A DNA stretch of 64,000 nucleotides from Candidatus Parcubacteria bacterium. GTDB lineage: Bacteria > Patescibacteriota > Minisyncoccia > Phycocordibacterales > PALSA-1337. The stretch spans positions 2,557 to 66,556 of the forward strand of contig JBEBAU010000018.1 of NCBI GenBank assembly GCA_041158765.1. The letters are read 5' to 3'. The notes below the pieces were generated by a model. The model was not told the DNA's origin, ran no database searches, and was given only the letters and a program-made list of their open reading frames with translations. Shown one piece after another: positions 9,251-19,079 of the stretch. Every line of letters starts with the position of its first letter. The stretch's first letter is position 1. The translations under genes were made by a program, and so were the position numbers.

Positions 9251-11137
9251 ATGGATACAAAGCTCAGCTCAGCCCAAATACGTTCACGATTCCTCGCTTT
9301 CTTCGAGAAGCGAGGGCATACAATCATACCTTCTGCATCTCTCGTTACGAGCGATGAAAAGGGTGTAACCAATCCTACACTTTTCAACACTGCTGGTATG
9401 CAACCGCTCATACCATATCTTCTTGGTAAGCCATATATTAAGGACGGCGCGACTGTCACTCGTCTTGCTGATTCACAGAAGTGCGTTCGTACTATTGATA
9501 TTGATGATATTGGTGATAAGACACATGCTACTTTTTTTGAAATGCTTGGTAATTGGTCTCTTGGTGATTATTTCAAAAAAGAGGCTATTGAATGGAGTTT
9601 TCAATTCTTAACTAATCCAGTTGATGCCCCGAAGGGTGATGCTGGTCTTGGTCTCAATCCAAACCGTCTTTACGTCAGTGTTTTCGAAGGTGATGCTGTT
9701 GCGCCACGTGATGAAGAAGCAGCTGAAATTTGGCGAGCTATTTTCAAAAAGAATGGTATTGATTTTGGTGGGGATACAACACAAGGTGAAGCTGGTCGCA
9801 TTTTCTATTTGCCTGCAAAAAATAATTGGTGGGAAGCTGGAGACAATGGTCCATGCGGTCCTGATACAGAGATGTTTTATGATGTTGAAAATACATTCGG
9901 TGGCAAGCTTCTCACGCACGCTGAGTATGTGAAGGCTGATGATGAGCGAACCGTGCTCGAGATTTGGAATGATGTATTCATGCAGTATGAAAAGAAGGAC
10001 GGCAAAGTCATCGGCAAACTTCCAAAGCCATCTGTTGATACAGGCGCCGGCCTTGAGCGTCTCACAATGACATTACAGGGTGTGGATAATATTTACGATA
10101 CGGATTTGTTGAAGCCCGTTATGGATCTCATGAAGAATCCAAATGCAGATATTCGTAATAAACGAATAGTTGCAGATCATCTTCGAGCAAGCGTTTTCAT
10201 GATTTCAGATGGTGTTATTCCATCAAATACTGATCGAGGATACATCCTCCGTCGTCTTATTCGTCGCGCGGTTATGAATACAACCGATAAGAAGCTTGAT
10301 GCACCACGAGTGAATGCATTCGTTACTACACTTGTGCAGATTTATGCCGATTCATATCCAGAACTTACGAATGGTGTTGAACAAATAAAAAAAGTTTTAC
10401 TTGAAGAGTGTGAAAAGTTTGCTAAGACACTCGAGCAAGGTATGAAAGAATTCGATAAGGTTACTCAGGGAGTGAGTGAAATTTCTGGTCCTGTTGCTCT
10501 TACACTTTCATCATCATTTGGTCTGCCAATCGATTCGATTGAAGAACTCGCAAAAAGTCATGGTAAAACTGTGAATATCGCAGAATATCTTACAGAATTC
10601 AAAAAACACCAAGACCTCTCTCGTGCGGGTGCAGAACAGAAGTTCAAGGGTGGTCTTGCTGATGCAAATGATCCGATGGTGCTTCGATATCATACAGCTA
10701 CGCACCTTCTTCATCAGGCACTTCACGATGTACTTGGCGAAGAATCAGGGGGTCAGAAGGGTTCGAATATCACCGCTGAGCGATTACGTTTTGATTTCAT
10801 GGGTATCAAGCTTACTGACGAGCAAAAGAAGCGAGTTGAGGATATTGTGAATGAAAAAATTGCCCTCAAATTACCAATGAATAAAGTGGTTCTTCCAAAG
10901 AGTGAGGCAGAGAAGACTGGTGCACGGCATTTCTTTGGTGAAAAGTACGGCGATGAAGTTTCAATTTATTTCATTGGTACTGATCTTGCTCATGCTTACT
11001 CAAAAGAGTTCTGTGGAGGTCCACACGTTACCAATACTGCTGATCTTGCAGGGCCTGAAGGCACGTGGAAATTCAAAATCCAAAAAGAAGAAGCTGTTTC
11101 ACAGGGTGTTCGACGTATCAAAGCTGTTTTGCAGTAA
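9251..11137 (+). CDS. alaS: Alanine--tRNA ligase (short form, no C-Ala domain)
   Basis: LFNTAGMQP, HATFFEMLGNWS.GDYFK, GPCGP, DTGAGLERL, editing HTATHLLH and EFCGGPH; 628 aa. Confidence 0.97.
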   Translation: MDTKLSSAQIRSRFLAFFEKRGHTIIPSASLVTSDEKGVTNPTLFNTAGMQPLIPYLLGKPYIKDGATVTRLADSQKCVRTIDIDDIGDKTHATFFEMLGNWSLGDYFKKEAIEWSFQFLTNPVDAPKGDAGLGLNPNRLYVSVFEGDAVAPRDEEAAEIWRAIFKKNGIDFGGDTTQGEAGRIFYLPAKNNWWEAGDNGPCGPDTEMFYDVENTFGGKLLTHAEYVKADDERTVLEIWNDVFMQYEKKDGKVIGKLPKPSVDTGAGLERLTMTLQGVDNIYDTDLLKPVMDLMKNPNADIRNKRIVADHLRASVFMISDGVIPSNTDRGYILRRLIRRAVMNTTDKKLDAPRVNAFVTTLVQIYADSYPELTNGVEQIKKVLLEECEKFAKTLEQGMKEFDKVTQGVSEISGPVALTLSSSFGLPIDSIEELAKSHGKTVNIAEYLTEFKKHQDLSRAGAEQKFKGGLADANDPMVLRYHTATHLLHQALHDVLGEESGGQKGSNITAERLRFDFMGIKLTDEQKKRVEDIVNEKIALKLPMNKVVLPKSEAEKTGARHFFGEKYGDEVSIYFIGTDLAHAYSKEFCGGPHVTNTADLAGPEGTWKFKIQKEEAVSQGVRRIKAVLQ

Positions 11138-11209
11138 TATTGCTCATTGCACATTCGTATTGTTTGAATTATCACCACCTGTGATTCACGGCTGTGATAT
11201 ACTAGACGC

Positions 11210-12460
11210 ATGTCCTTCACATCACTTTTTCGCCATACAGAAAAAGCTACAGTAGAACAGGGTGCCGGTGCACTTTGGGCGCTTATCGACATTCAGAGTG
11301 GTCTTGTTCGAGGTTCTCTCGTACTTTTGAATCCGGGTAAGCCTTCACGTATTCTATATACAACACAACACCAGCTCCCACACAAAACAATTGCAAGTTC
11401 AGCGTATATTACCAAGATGATGCTGAAAGGCGTTTCTGAGGTTGCCGCAGAATTAAGCAAAAAAGGCTTCATCAGTGCTGATGTTGGTGGTACTGTGGAT
11501 TCTTCTGGACAGCAATTTGGATATCACGGCAATCTCGCTGGCGTGCATTACATTCTTTCATCTCCTTGGGTAATATCTCAGACAAAAACAGTAAAAATTG
11601 CATATGACAAACCAACAGTTATTACTCAAGCAACTGTTCAAGGGGTTATCGATCGAGCTCGTGCCGAACTTGAAGCGGGAGAATTTAATTTTGATGCAAT
11701 TTCAATTGAACAAAAAATATTTGAAGTGAAACTTAACGGCTATTCGGTCGGTAATTATGAAGGAAAGACAGCAAGTAATCTCGAAGTCTCTTGTGCGATT
11801 TCAGTAAGCTCAAATAAGATTCTTGAAAAGATTGCTACACACGCACAACGCTCGCTTCATACTAAGAGATTCCGATATCATTCAGCACTCTTACTTGAGT
11901 ATGCGGGTCTACGAAGTGTATTACGTGATCATCAAGAATACATGGTCATCCACGCTCATAGCGAATTAACCGACGTGGTGGTAGTGAGAGCTGGAATGTG
12001 CGCATTCCTTTCATCATTTCCATTCGGAATATTCACGGTGCTCCGCAAAATCGCAAGAACAACTCGCCAGACGGTATCTATTGCTGATTCAACACTCGCT
12101 TTGTATGACCATAGTAATGAAAGTTCCGGCTCTATTCCAAAAAGCCTTTCTCGAGAAGAACAGATTAGATTGGAACCAGTGATTTCTGCTATCGGCAAAG
12201 GATGGATTCACGATCTCCATGCTGCTCTTGCACATGCTGGAGAACGAATGGTTATTCCACGTTTGATTGTGCTTTCTGCACATAGTCATTTGTCGTTTTT
12301 CAAAAGCGAGCTCGAAAAGTCAGCTCCAGTAGGGTCTGCGCCAGCCATTTCAGCTTTGGAGCTTCCGGTGATAGAACCATTCGTGCAGTATGATCCGGGA
12401 CAAGTACGAAGTTTGCGAATGGGAATATATACGACAGCGATAGCAAACCTTGAAAATTAA
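11210..12460 (+). CDS. Divergent FtsA/PilM-like actin-fold protein
   Basis: N-terminal ALIDIQSGLV (actin-like DIGS variant), VKLNGY, SFPFG segments; nucleotide-binding residues degenerate. Confidence 0.55.
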   Translation: MSFTSLFRHTEKATVEQGAGALWALIDIQSGLVRGSLVLLNPGKPSRILYTTQHQLPHKTIASSAYITKMMLKGVSEVAAELSKKGFISADVGGTVDSSGQQFGYHGNLAGVHYILSSPWVISQTKTVKIAYDKPTVITQATVQGVIDRARAELEAGEFNFDAISIEQKIFEVKLNGYSVGNYEGKTASNLEVSCAISVSSNKILEKIATHAQRSLHTKRFRYHSALLLEYAGLRSVLRDHQEYMVIHAHSELTDVVVVRAGMCAFLSSFPFGIFTVLRKIARTTRQTVSIADSTLALYDHSNESSGSIPKSLSREEQIRLEPVISAIGKGWIHDLHAALAHAGERMVIPRLIVLSAHSHLSFFKSELEKSAPVGSAPAISALELPVIEPFVQYDPGQVRSLRMGIYTTAIANLEN

Positions 12461-12474
12461 TTTAATATATTTTT

Positions 12475-13845
12475 ATGTCTGAAAAGAAGATGCCACAAGA
12501 TATGGTTCCAAATAATCGTCGATCGATACGTGATATCAAGGTGAAGCTTACACCTATGGATGAAAAGCCTTTGCCACGAGCCAAGGTGACTGTGAAGCCT
12601 CCGCCAGAAGTTAGAGCTGCACGACGAGCAAGTTCAAGTACAGCTTCTGGTTCTGTTTCAAAAAAGAGACATGAATCAAATCGAACTAAGATGGTATTGA
12701 TGTTTGGTATTTTGATATTGTGCATCGGTATTATTCTCGCAGCAATTTCACTTATTTTTTCAAGTGGAACTGTTGTAGTGAAACCTAAGGTGATTTCACT
12801 TGCAGTGAATACATCAGTATCCGCTCGACCGAATGCCGCGAATACCTCTGGTGGGCTTTCATACGAAGTTATTACTGCAACAAAAGACATGTACGCAACT
12901 ATTCCTTCAGTTCCTGGGCCGGCTATTCTCAAAAAAGCTACAGGAACAGTCACTCTATATAACAAATACTCTGCTACACCTCAAAAAATCGTCGCAGGTA
13001 CACGATTGAGCAATACGAAGGGTCTTATATATCGTACACAGACAGCGGTGACAATACCTGCAATGCGGGGAACAGGTAGCAAAGCCGTCGCAGGAAGTGT
13101 TGATGTGAAAGTTATTGCAGATCAAGCTGGTGCAAACTACAATGCGACACTCACAGACCTCACTGGTGATTTCAAAATTGTTGCATATAAGGGTACAACC
13201 AAATACACAACGATATTTGCGCGATCAAAGACCGACTTAGTTGGTGGATACTCAGGTGTAAGTACTGTTCCAGACAAAACTGCTCTTGCTACAACCCAAA
13301 AAGGTCTTTCACAAACACTCAAAGCACAACTTCTCGCAGATTCAAAGACATTGATACCAAAGGGTTATGTTTCATACAATGCCGCAGATCAGATTTCATA
13401 TACTATGATTGATCCAGTTGCGAAGGGTACAAGCAGTGCGTCTGTAGGTGTGAAGGCAACCTATTCAACATATATTTTCAAATCAGTTGATTTGGTTAAT
13501 ACATTTGCAAAAGATCAGGTCGCACAGTTTCCATCAGGAGGATTCACTATCGAGGGTCTTGATGCGCTCAATGTTCAAATTGCTTCTTCAACAGCAGCCG
13601 CTGGATTATCAGCTTCATCATCAAAACCAATTTCATTTGGTTTGAAAGGGGATATCCGTCTTGTCGGTATTGTACCTGTGGATAAGTTGAAGCAAGAGCT
13701 TGTAGGAATAGCCCTTTCCGACACTGCTGGAGTAATAAAACGCTATAGTACAATTGCGAGCGCCTATGCTAAAATATCTCCTGTCTGGATGCGTTCAATG
13801 CCTGATAGTCCAGAGCGTATTACCGTAGAAATTCAGTCAGAATAA
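12475..13845 (+). CDS. Membrane-anchored protein with baseplate-J-like beta domain
   Basis: Basic N-terminus, one TM, then KATGTVTLYN, GTRL, V.IPA..GSVDV.V.ADQAG..YN, GGYSG. Confidence 0.65.
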   Translation: MSEKKMPQDMVPNNRRSIRDIKVKLTPMDEKPLPRAKVTVKPPPEVRAARRASSSTASGSVSKKRHESNRTKMVLMFGILILCIGIILAAISLIFSSGTVVVKPKVISLAVNTSVSARPNAANTSGGLSYEVITATKDMYATIPSVPGPAILKKATGTVTLYNKYSATPQKIVAGTRLSNTKGLIYRTQTAVTIPAMRGTGSKAVAGSVDVKVIADQAGANYNATLTDLTGDFKIVAYKGTTKYTTIFARSKTDLVGGYSGVSTVPDKTALATTQKGLSQTLKAQLLADSKTLIPKGYVSYNAADQISYTMIDPVAKGTSSASVGVKATYSTYIFKSVDLVNTFAKDQVAQFPSGGFTIEGLDALNVQIASSTAAAGLSASSSKPISFGLKGDIRLVGIVPVDKLKQELVGIALSDTAGVIKRYSTIASAYAKISPVWMRSMPDSPERITVEIQSE

Positions 13846-13984
13846 CCTCAAGTTGGGGTCAAAAAGGCAGCCAACACGGAAATCCCCGTGCTGGTATTGA
13901 CTTTTTTTGTGCTTTCAGCTACTATGGTTCGACGCGTTACGTTTGGTGTATCGCGATGTTCTCTAGTCTCTATTTCGAAAAACC

Positions 13985-14203
13985 TTGGCAAAAATTTCCG
14001 CAAATAATCTCACATTTGGAGTAGTTACAGAAGCGTTGCCTGATACGCTTTTCCGAGTGAAGCTTGATGGAAAAGATGATGTGGTGCTTGCATATCTCGC
14101 TGGCAAGATGCGCATGCATCGGATCAAGGTGCTTATCGGCGATCGAGTAGAGTTGGCACTTGACCCATACGGGGGACGTGCACGCGTCACCAAACGTTTG
14201 TAG
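13985..14203 (+). CDS. infA: Translation initiation factor IF-1
   Basis: GVVTEALPDTLFRVKL...AGKMRMHRIKVLIGDRV; TTG start. Confidence 0.97.
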   Translation: MAKISANNLTFGVVTEALPDTLFRVKLDGKDDVVLAYLAGKMRMHRIKVLIGDRVELALDPYGGRARVTKRL

Positions 14204-14262
14204 CAAAGAGTTAGACATGACCGCAGAAATACATTTCAAATCAAAAAAAGCAAAATAATATT

Positions 14263-14379
14263 ATGAAAGTAAAAGCATCAGTAAAAAAGATTTGTCCAAA
14301 GTGTAGCGTTGTTCGACGCAAGGGTTATGTATACATTATCTGCAAGGCAAATCCTCGCCACAAGCAGAGACAGGGCTAA
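14263..14379 (+). CDS. rpmJ: 50S ribosomal protein L36 (Zn-binding type; not in ORF track)
   Basis: Manual translation [38 protein letters not shown]. Confidence 0.97.
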   Translation: MKVKASVKKICPKCSVVRRKGYVYIICKANPRHKQRQG

Positions 14380-14412
14380 TACGAATTATTTCAATATCAT
14401 TATATTAATCAC

Positions 14413-14793
14413 ATGCGTATCCTCGGTATCACAATTCCAGACGGCAAGCGACTCGAAATAGCTCTCACAGCTCTTTATGGTATTGGCCGATCTCGTGCAC
14501 TACATATTCTCAAGGAAGCACAGGTTGATGTTGCTATCAAAGCAAAGGATGTAACAGTTGATCAGGAGAATGCTATTCGTAAAGTTATCGAAACATTCAG
14601 AATCGAAGGAGATTTGAAGCGAGAAGTTGCTTCGAATATTAAGCGTCTCAAGGACATCAAGTCATTCCGTGGAAGCCGACACGCACGACGTCTCCCAGCT
14701 CGAGGGCAGCGTACCAAGACCAACTCCCGAACTGTACGAGGTAACGTCCGAAAGACTATGGGATCTGGACGAAAGAAGGAGGAGAAGAAATAA
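14413..14793 (+). CDS. rpsM: 30S ribosomal protein S13
   Basis: IALTALYGIGR, RG.RH...LPARGQRTKTNSRT. Confidence 0.98.
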   Translation: MRILGITIPDGKRLEIALTALYGIGRSRALHILKEAQVDVAIKAKDVTVDQENAIRKVIETFRIEGDLKREVASNIKRLKDIKSFRGSRHARRLPARGQRTKTNSRTVRGNVRKTMGSGRKKEEKK

Positions 14794-14820
14794 GACTGAA
14801 CGAATATTAATATCATTATT

Positions 14821-15276
14821 ATGGCAGAGAAAAAAACTACAACAAAGAAAGAGGTCACAAAGAAGGATGCTCCAAAGGCAGAGCCTACTAAGGCTGCTAC
14901 TGCAGCACCAGCTACTTCGTCAAAGAAGCGGCTTGATTTTGGTGTTCTCTATGTTCAGTCTACATACAATAACACCAAGGTTCTTCTCACTGACGCAAAG
15001 GGCAATGCAATTATGGCTTCATCTGCGGGTGCTCTTGGTTTCAAGGGTGCAAAGAAGGGTACACCATTTGCTGCAGCTAAGGTTGGTGAAACTCTCGCTA
15101 TGAAGGCACAGCCAATGGGACTCAAGGAAATCGCTGTTGTAGTAAAAGGTACTGGATCAGGTCGCGAATCAGCAATTCGCGGCTTTATTTCTAAGGGTAT
15201 CATCATTACTAGCATCAAGGATGTAACCCCGGTTCCATTCAACGGCCCGAAGCCGAAGAAGCCGCGACGAGTATAA
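14821..15276 (+). CDS. rpsK: 30S ribosomal protein S11
   Basis: STYNNT, GFKGAKKGTPFAA, GSGRESAIR, DVTPVPFNG. Confidence 0.98.
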   Translation: MAEKKTTTKKEVTKKDAPKAEPTKAATAAPATSSKKRLDFGVLYVQSTYNNTKVLLTDAKGNAIMASSAGALGFKGAKKGTPFAAAKVGETLAMKAQPMGLKEIAVVVKGTGSGRESAIRGFISKGIIITSIKDVTPVPFNGPKPKKPRRV

Positions 15277-15305
15277 AGCCTTTCATTTAATTTTTTACCA
15301 TTCAT

Positions 15306-15923
15306 ATGATTATTGGACCACGATACAAAATAGCCCGCCGCCTCGGAGTGCCTGTCTTTGAAAAGACACAGACACAAAAGTTCGCAATGCGATCAGCTGC
15401 TCGCGATGGAGGAAAGGGTGCAGGCAAGGGCCGCCCAAAGGCAAAGTCTGATTTCGGTCTCGGACTTCTCGAGAAGCAGAAAGCTCGATACAGCTATGGT
15501 GTTACTTCAAAGCAGTTCGGTAATTACATTGCAAAGGCTGTTGAGAAGAAGGGTAACTCAGCTGAACTTCTCGTTCGTCTCCTCGAATCTCGTCTCGATA
15601 ACGTTGCTCTCCGTGCTGGATTTGCAACAACACGTGCCGCTGCACGACAGATGGTATCTCACGGTCATATTACAGTGAATGGTAAGCGCGTTACTATCCC
15701 TTCATACTCTGTTTCAGTTGGAGATATTATTTCTATTCGTGAAGGAAGCAAAAAGAAGGCTCTTTATAATACACTCGATGAGCGCCTCAAAGCAGTGAAG
15801 ATTCCTGCTTGGTTGAAACTCGATTTTGATAAGAAGGTTGTTACCGTTGACGGCCTTCCGTTCGCCCCAACTACCGAACTCCTGTTCAATCCGGGTGCAG
15901 TGCTCGAGTTTTATAGCCGTTAA
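15306..15923 (+). CDS. rpsD: 30S ribosomal protein S4
   Basis: EKQKAR, LESRLDN, ARQMVSHGHI, EFYSR. Confidence 0.98.
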   Translation: MIIGPRYKIARRLGVPVFEKTQTQKFAMRSAARDGGKGAGKGRPKAKSDFGLGLLEKQKARYSYGVTSKQFGNYIAKAVEKKGNSAELLVRLLESRLDNVALRAGFATTRAAARQMVSHGHITVNGKRVTIPSYSVSVGDIISIREGSKKKALYNTLDERLKAVKIPAWLKLDFDKKVVTVDGLPFAPTTELLFNPGAVLEFYSR

Positions 15924-15949
15924 TTAGTAATAATTTTAATACAAAACAT

Positions 15950-16927
15950 ATGTCTAATTTCAACGTTGTATTGCCATCAAAGCCAAAGATCATCCGCGAG
16001 GAGGGTATGAATGGCGTGTATGAGATCGACGGTCTTTACCCAGGCTACGGACACACACTCGGTAACTCACTCCGACGTATTATTCTTTCATCTCTTCCTG
16101 GAGCTGCAGTAAGCAAGGTTAAGATCAAGGGTGTCGAACATGAATTTTCATCAATTGATGGCGTCAAGGAAGACGTTATTGCTATTCTTTTGAATTTGAA
16201 AAAGCTCCGTGTTCGTATCAATGGTGACGAAGCACAGGTTATTACCTTAAAAGCAAAGGGTGTTAAGTCTATCAAAGCAAAGGATATTGATGCTCCTTCT
16301 CAGGTTGAAATTCTTAATCCTGAACTCCACCTTATCGAACTCACTGACAAAGCTGCTGAGATTGATATGGAAATCACTGTAGTTAAGGGTCTTGGATATG
16401 TTGCTAAGGAAGTTCTCGAAAAGGACCGAGTTGATATCGGTACTATTTCACTCGATGCAACTTTCACTCCTATCCGAAAGGTGAATTATGAAGTTGAAAA
16501 CATGCGAGTTGGAGATCGAACTGATTTCAATCGTCTTCGCATCACTATCGAGACTGACGGTACACTCACTCCTAACGAAGCTCTCACGGAATCTATTGGT
16601 ATTATGATTAGCCAGCTTAAGGCTATTGTTGGTTTCAAGGAAGAAGAAGTTGTGAAATCAAAGAAGTCTGATAAGTCTTCTGACGATGAAGATGCTGCTT
16701 CAGAAGGAGCAACAAAGGAACTCGATGCTGATATGTTGAAGACACGCATTGATACTATTGGTCTTTCTCCTCGAACAATCAAGGCTCTTACTGCTGCAAA
16801 CATTCGCACAATCGGAGGCCTTTCACGAAAGAAGGAGGCTGATATCCTCGATGTCGAAGGTCTTGGCACAAAGGGTATTCAGGAAATCAAAAAGGTCCTT
16901 TCAACCTATGGTATTTCACTGAAATAA
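15950..16927 (+). CDS. rpoA: RNA polymerase alpha subunit
   Basis: GYGHTLGNSLRRIILSSLPG, HEFSSIDGVKED, alpha-CTD. Confidence 0.98.
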   Translation: MSNFNVVLPSKPKIIREEGMNGVYEIDGLYPGYGHTLGNSLRRIILSSLPGAAVSKVKIKGVEHEFSSIDGVKEDVIAILLNLKKLRVRINGDEAQVITLKAKGVKSIKAKDIDAPSQVEILNPELHLIELTDKAAEIDMEITVVKGLGYVAKEVLEKDRVDIGTISLDATFTPIRKVNYEVENMRVGDRTDFNRLRITIETDGTLTPNEALTESIGIMISQLKAIVGFKEEEVVKSKKSDKSSDDEDAASEGATKELDADMLKTRIDTIGLSPRTIKALTAANIRTIGGLSRKKEADILDVEGLGTKGIQEIKKVLSTYGISLK

Positions 16928-16954
16928 TATAGATAAGCATTAATAATCACTACC

Positions 16955-17305
16955 ATGAGACACCATTCATCAATACGAAAATTCGGCCGAGAGAAAGATC
17001 AGCGCAATGCGCTCATGAAGTCTCTTATGCGTAACCTTGTTAATGCCGAACAAATTATTACAACGTTGCCAAAAGCAAAGTCAATGCGACCAATGATTGA
17101 AAAGCTTGTTACCAAGGCAAAATCAGGTACTCTTGCAGACCGACGTCTTGTTATTGCTCGTATTGGTGGCGAGAAGGAGACAAAGAAACTTTTTGAAGTT
17201 ATTGCTCCAAAATACAAGACTCGTGCAGGTGGATACACTCGTATTGTTAAGCTTCCTCGTCGAAAGCTTGATGCGGCTGCTATGGCTGTCATTCAGTTCG
17301 TATAA
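16955..17305 (+). CDS. rplQ: 50S ribosomal protein L17
   Basis: MRH...I.TTLPKAK, R.GGYTRIVK. Confidence 0.98.
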   Translation: MRHHSSIRKFGREKDQRNALMKSLMRNLVNAEQIITTLPKAKSMRPMIEKLVTKAKSGTLADRRLVIARIGGEKETKKLFEVIAPKYKTRAGGYTRIVKLPRRKLDAAAMAVIQFV

Positions 17306-17326
17306 TAGACACATCAAGAAATTTTT

Positions 17327-17707
17327 ATGAAAACAACAACCGCAACAAACAATACTTCAGCAAATGTCATCACTATTGATGCTTCAGGTAAGCGTCTCGG
17401 TCGTGTTGCATCAGAAGCTGCAATGTATCTTCTTGGTAAAAAGGTTCCTACATTTGCTCGAAATCAGGTCGCTGATATTAAGGTAAACATTGTGAACTGT
17501 TCTCAGGCATATATTGATACCAAGAAAAAGGCTGACAAAGAATATGTAACATTCACTGGTTTCCGTGGAGGTATCAATACTGAGTCTCTTTCAGCTCTTA
17601 TTGCTCGAAAGGGTGTTTCTGAGCCTTTCCGACGAGCAGTATATCGAATGCTTCCAGGTAATTCGCTCCGAAAGAAGCGCATGATGAATCTAACTATCAG
17701 CGAATAA
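17327..17707 (+). CDS. rplM: 50S ribosomal protein L13 (C-terminally short)
   Basis: IDASGKRLGRVAS..A..LLGK, AVYRMLP.N; precedes rpsI. Confidence 0.93.
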   Translation: MKTTTATNNTSANVITIDASGKRLGRVASEAAMYLLGKKVPTFARNQVADIKVNIVNCSQAYIDTKKKADKEYVTFTGFRGGINTESLSALIARKGVSEPFRRAVYRMLPGNSLRKKRMMNLTISE

Positions 17708-17718
17708 TATCGACATTT

Positions 17719-18141
17719 ATGATGACAGCAACCAAAACAACTGAAAAGGGTGAACGATATATCGAAGCAATCGGCCGACGAAAGACCGCTATTGCACGAG
17801 TTCGTATTACACCAGCAACAAAGACAACATACTCTGTAAACGGCAAGGACCTCGAGAAGTATTTCACTATCAAGGAGCAGCTTCTTACAGCAATTGAAGC
17901 AATCAAAACATCAAAGCTTGCTGCTCAATTCAAGATTACTGTTGTTCTCAAGGGTGGTGGTATGAATGCTCAAGCAGATGCTATGCGACACGGTATGGCA
18001 CGTGCTTTCATCGAATACGATAAGCAACTCCGTGGATTGCTCAAGAAGGGAGGACTTCTCAAGCGAGATCCTCGAGCAAAGGAGCGCCGAAAGTTCGGTC
18101 TCAAGAAGGCCCGCAAGTCTCCTCAGTGGAGCAAGCGCTAA
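17719..18141 (+). CDS. rpsI: 30S ribosomal protein S9
   Basis: GRRKTAIARV, RDPRAKERRKFGLKKARKSPQWSKR. Confidence 0.98.
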   Translation: MMTATKTTEKGERYIEAIGRRKTAIARVRITPATKTTYSVNGKDLEKYFTIKEQLLTAIEAIKTSKLAAQFKITVVLKGGGMNAQADAMRHGMARAFIEYDKQLRGLLKKGGLLKRDPRAKERRKFGLKKARKSPQWSKR

Positions 18142-18249
18142 ATGCGCTTGCTCGGCCGGAGCTCGCGTAGGCGAGCGAGGCGGGGTCGCGAGATTTTTCA
18201 GCAGAAAAATACTCGTGACGCAAACGATAGTCCTGACGCAAGCGCTAAA
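18129..18249 (+). repeat. Structured intergenic element, copy C (AGCA-loop family), with a 12-bp direct repeat of the rpsI 3' end
   Basis: GCAAGCGCTAAA at 18131-18142 and 18238-18249; inverted copy GCGCTTGCTC 18144-18153; hairpins GCTCGC-gtag-GCGAGC and GTCGCGAG-ATTTTTC-agca-GAAAAAT-a-CTCGTGAC. Confidence 0.75.
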
Positions 18250-18252
18250 CTC

Positions 18253-18280
18253 AAACCCCGCCTATACTGGCGGGGTTTTT
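18253..18280 (+). terminator. Intrinsic terminator of ribosomal protein operon
   Basis: AAACCCCGCC-tatact-GGCGGGGTTT plus T-run. Confidence 0.85.
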
Positions 18281-18338
18281 GTTATTGTGATAATGTGCGA
18301 TTTGGGATACCAAAATTGTTGTTTGTGAAAGGAAACCT

Positions 18339-18998
18339 ATGTCAAAAATTGTTTCAATTGCCGGTCCAAAGCACAGTTGGAAACGAACTATCGCTCTGCT
18401 TGTTGCAAAAAAGCTTGGGTATCGCTTGTTCGATCGAGCACTCCTGTATCGGGCTGCGGTTATTATTTGTCGGCAAGAGAATATTTTTGCTGATGAAGTT
18501 GATCGGGTTAATCGGTTTTTGCCCTATGCTGTTGGGAGAATTGATGTGCAGGAGGGAAATGTCTTCATCGACGGCCATAATGCAATGGCACGCATCAGTC
18601 CACCAAGGATTAATAGCGCAACCAAAAGAATGATGAAAAATCAGCAAGTTGCGTATGTGTTGGCGGATTTACAGAAGAAGTTTGCTGAAAACACTCCTGG
18701 ATTGGTTGCATATTGGGACGGTCATATCCAATGCGTATTCGACGAGCCGAAGCTGAGGGTGTTTCTCGATCGTAATGTGCAGGCTCGTGCAGAGTATTTT
18801 CATGCATACCTGATACGGTCTCGCATACACCGTCCATTCCCGCAGGTTCTCGAAGAACTCAAGTTGTCCGATTGCCAGTATCGAGAGCTTGGATATTATC
18901 CTGATGTTTCGCCACCAGGTGTTCATCGTCTTAATTGTAATGGAATAACGATCGATGCGATTGTCGAAAAGATCGTTGCTTTGGTGCGTTCAACCTAA
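18339..18998 (+). CDS. Cytidylate kinase-like protein with degenerate P-loop
   Basis: IVSIAGPKHSWKRTIA..VAKKLGY..FD...LYRA, LRVFLD..VQARA; Cmk-like layout but GxxGxGKST is altered. Confidence 0.75.
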   Translation: MSKIVSIAGPKHSWKRTIALLVAKKLGYRLFDRALLYRAAVIICRQENIFADEVDRVNRFLPYAVGRIDVQEGNVFIDGHNAMARISPPRINSATKRMMKNQQVAYVLADLQKKFAENTPGLVAYWDGHIQCVFDEPKLRVFLDRNVQARAEYFHAYLIRSRIHRPFPQVLEELKLSDCQYRELGYYPDVSPPGVHRLNCNGITIDAIVEKIVALVRST

Positions 18999-19079
18999 AC
19001 TACATTGATTTTCAATGTAGTTTTTTATATAAATTGCAAAATTTTTCTGCTTGAGTATACTAAGAAGACAAAAAATACT

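Noticed and set aside
12475-13845. Prophage suggested by a baseplate-like domain
   Set aside because: No other phage genes; the protein has a TM anchor and sits among core genes.
18142-18633. 163-aa + ORF after rpsI (and 17966-18328)
   Set aside because: Runs through the structured element and terminator and overlaps the cmk-like gene out of frame; no protein-like features.
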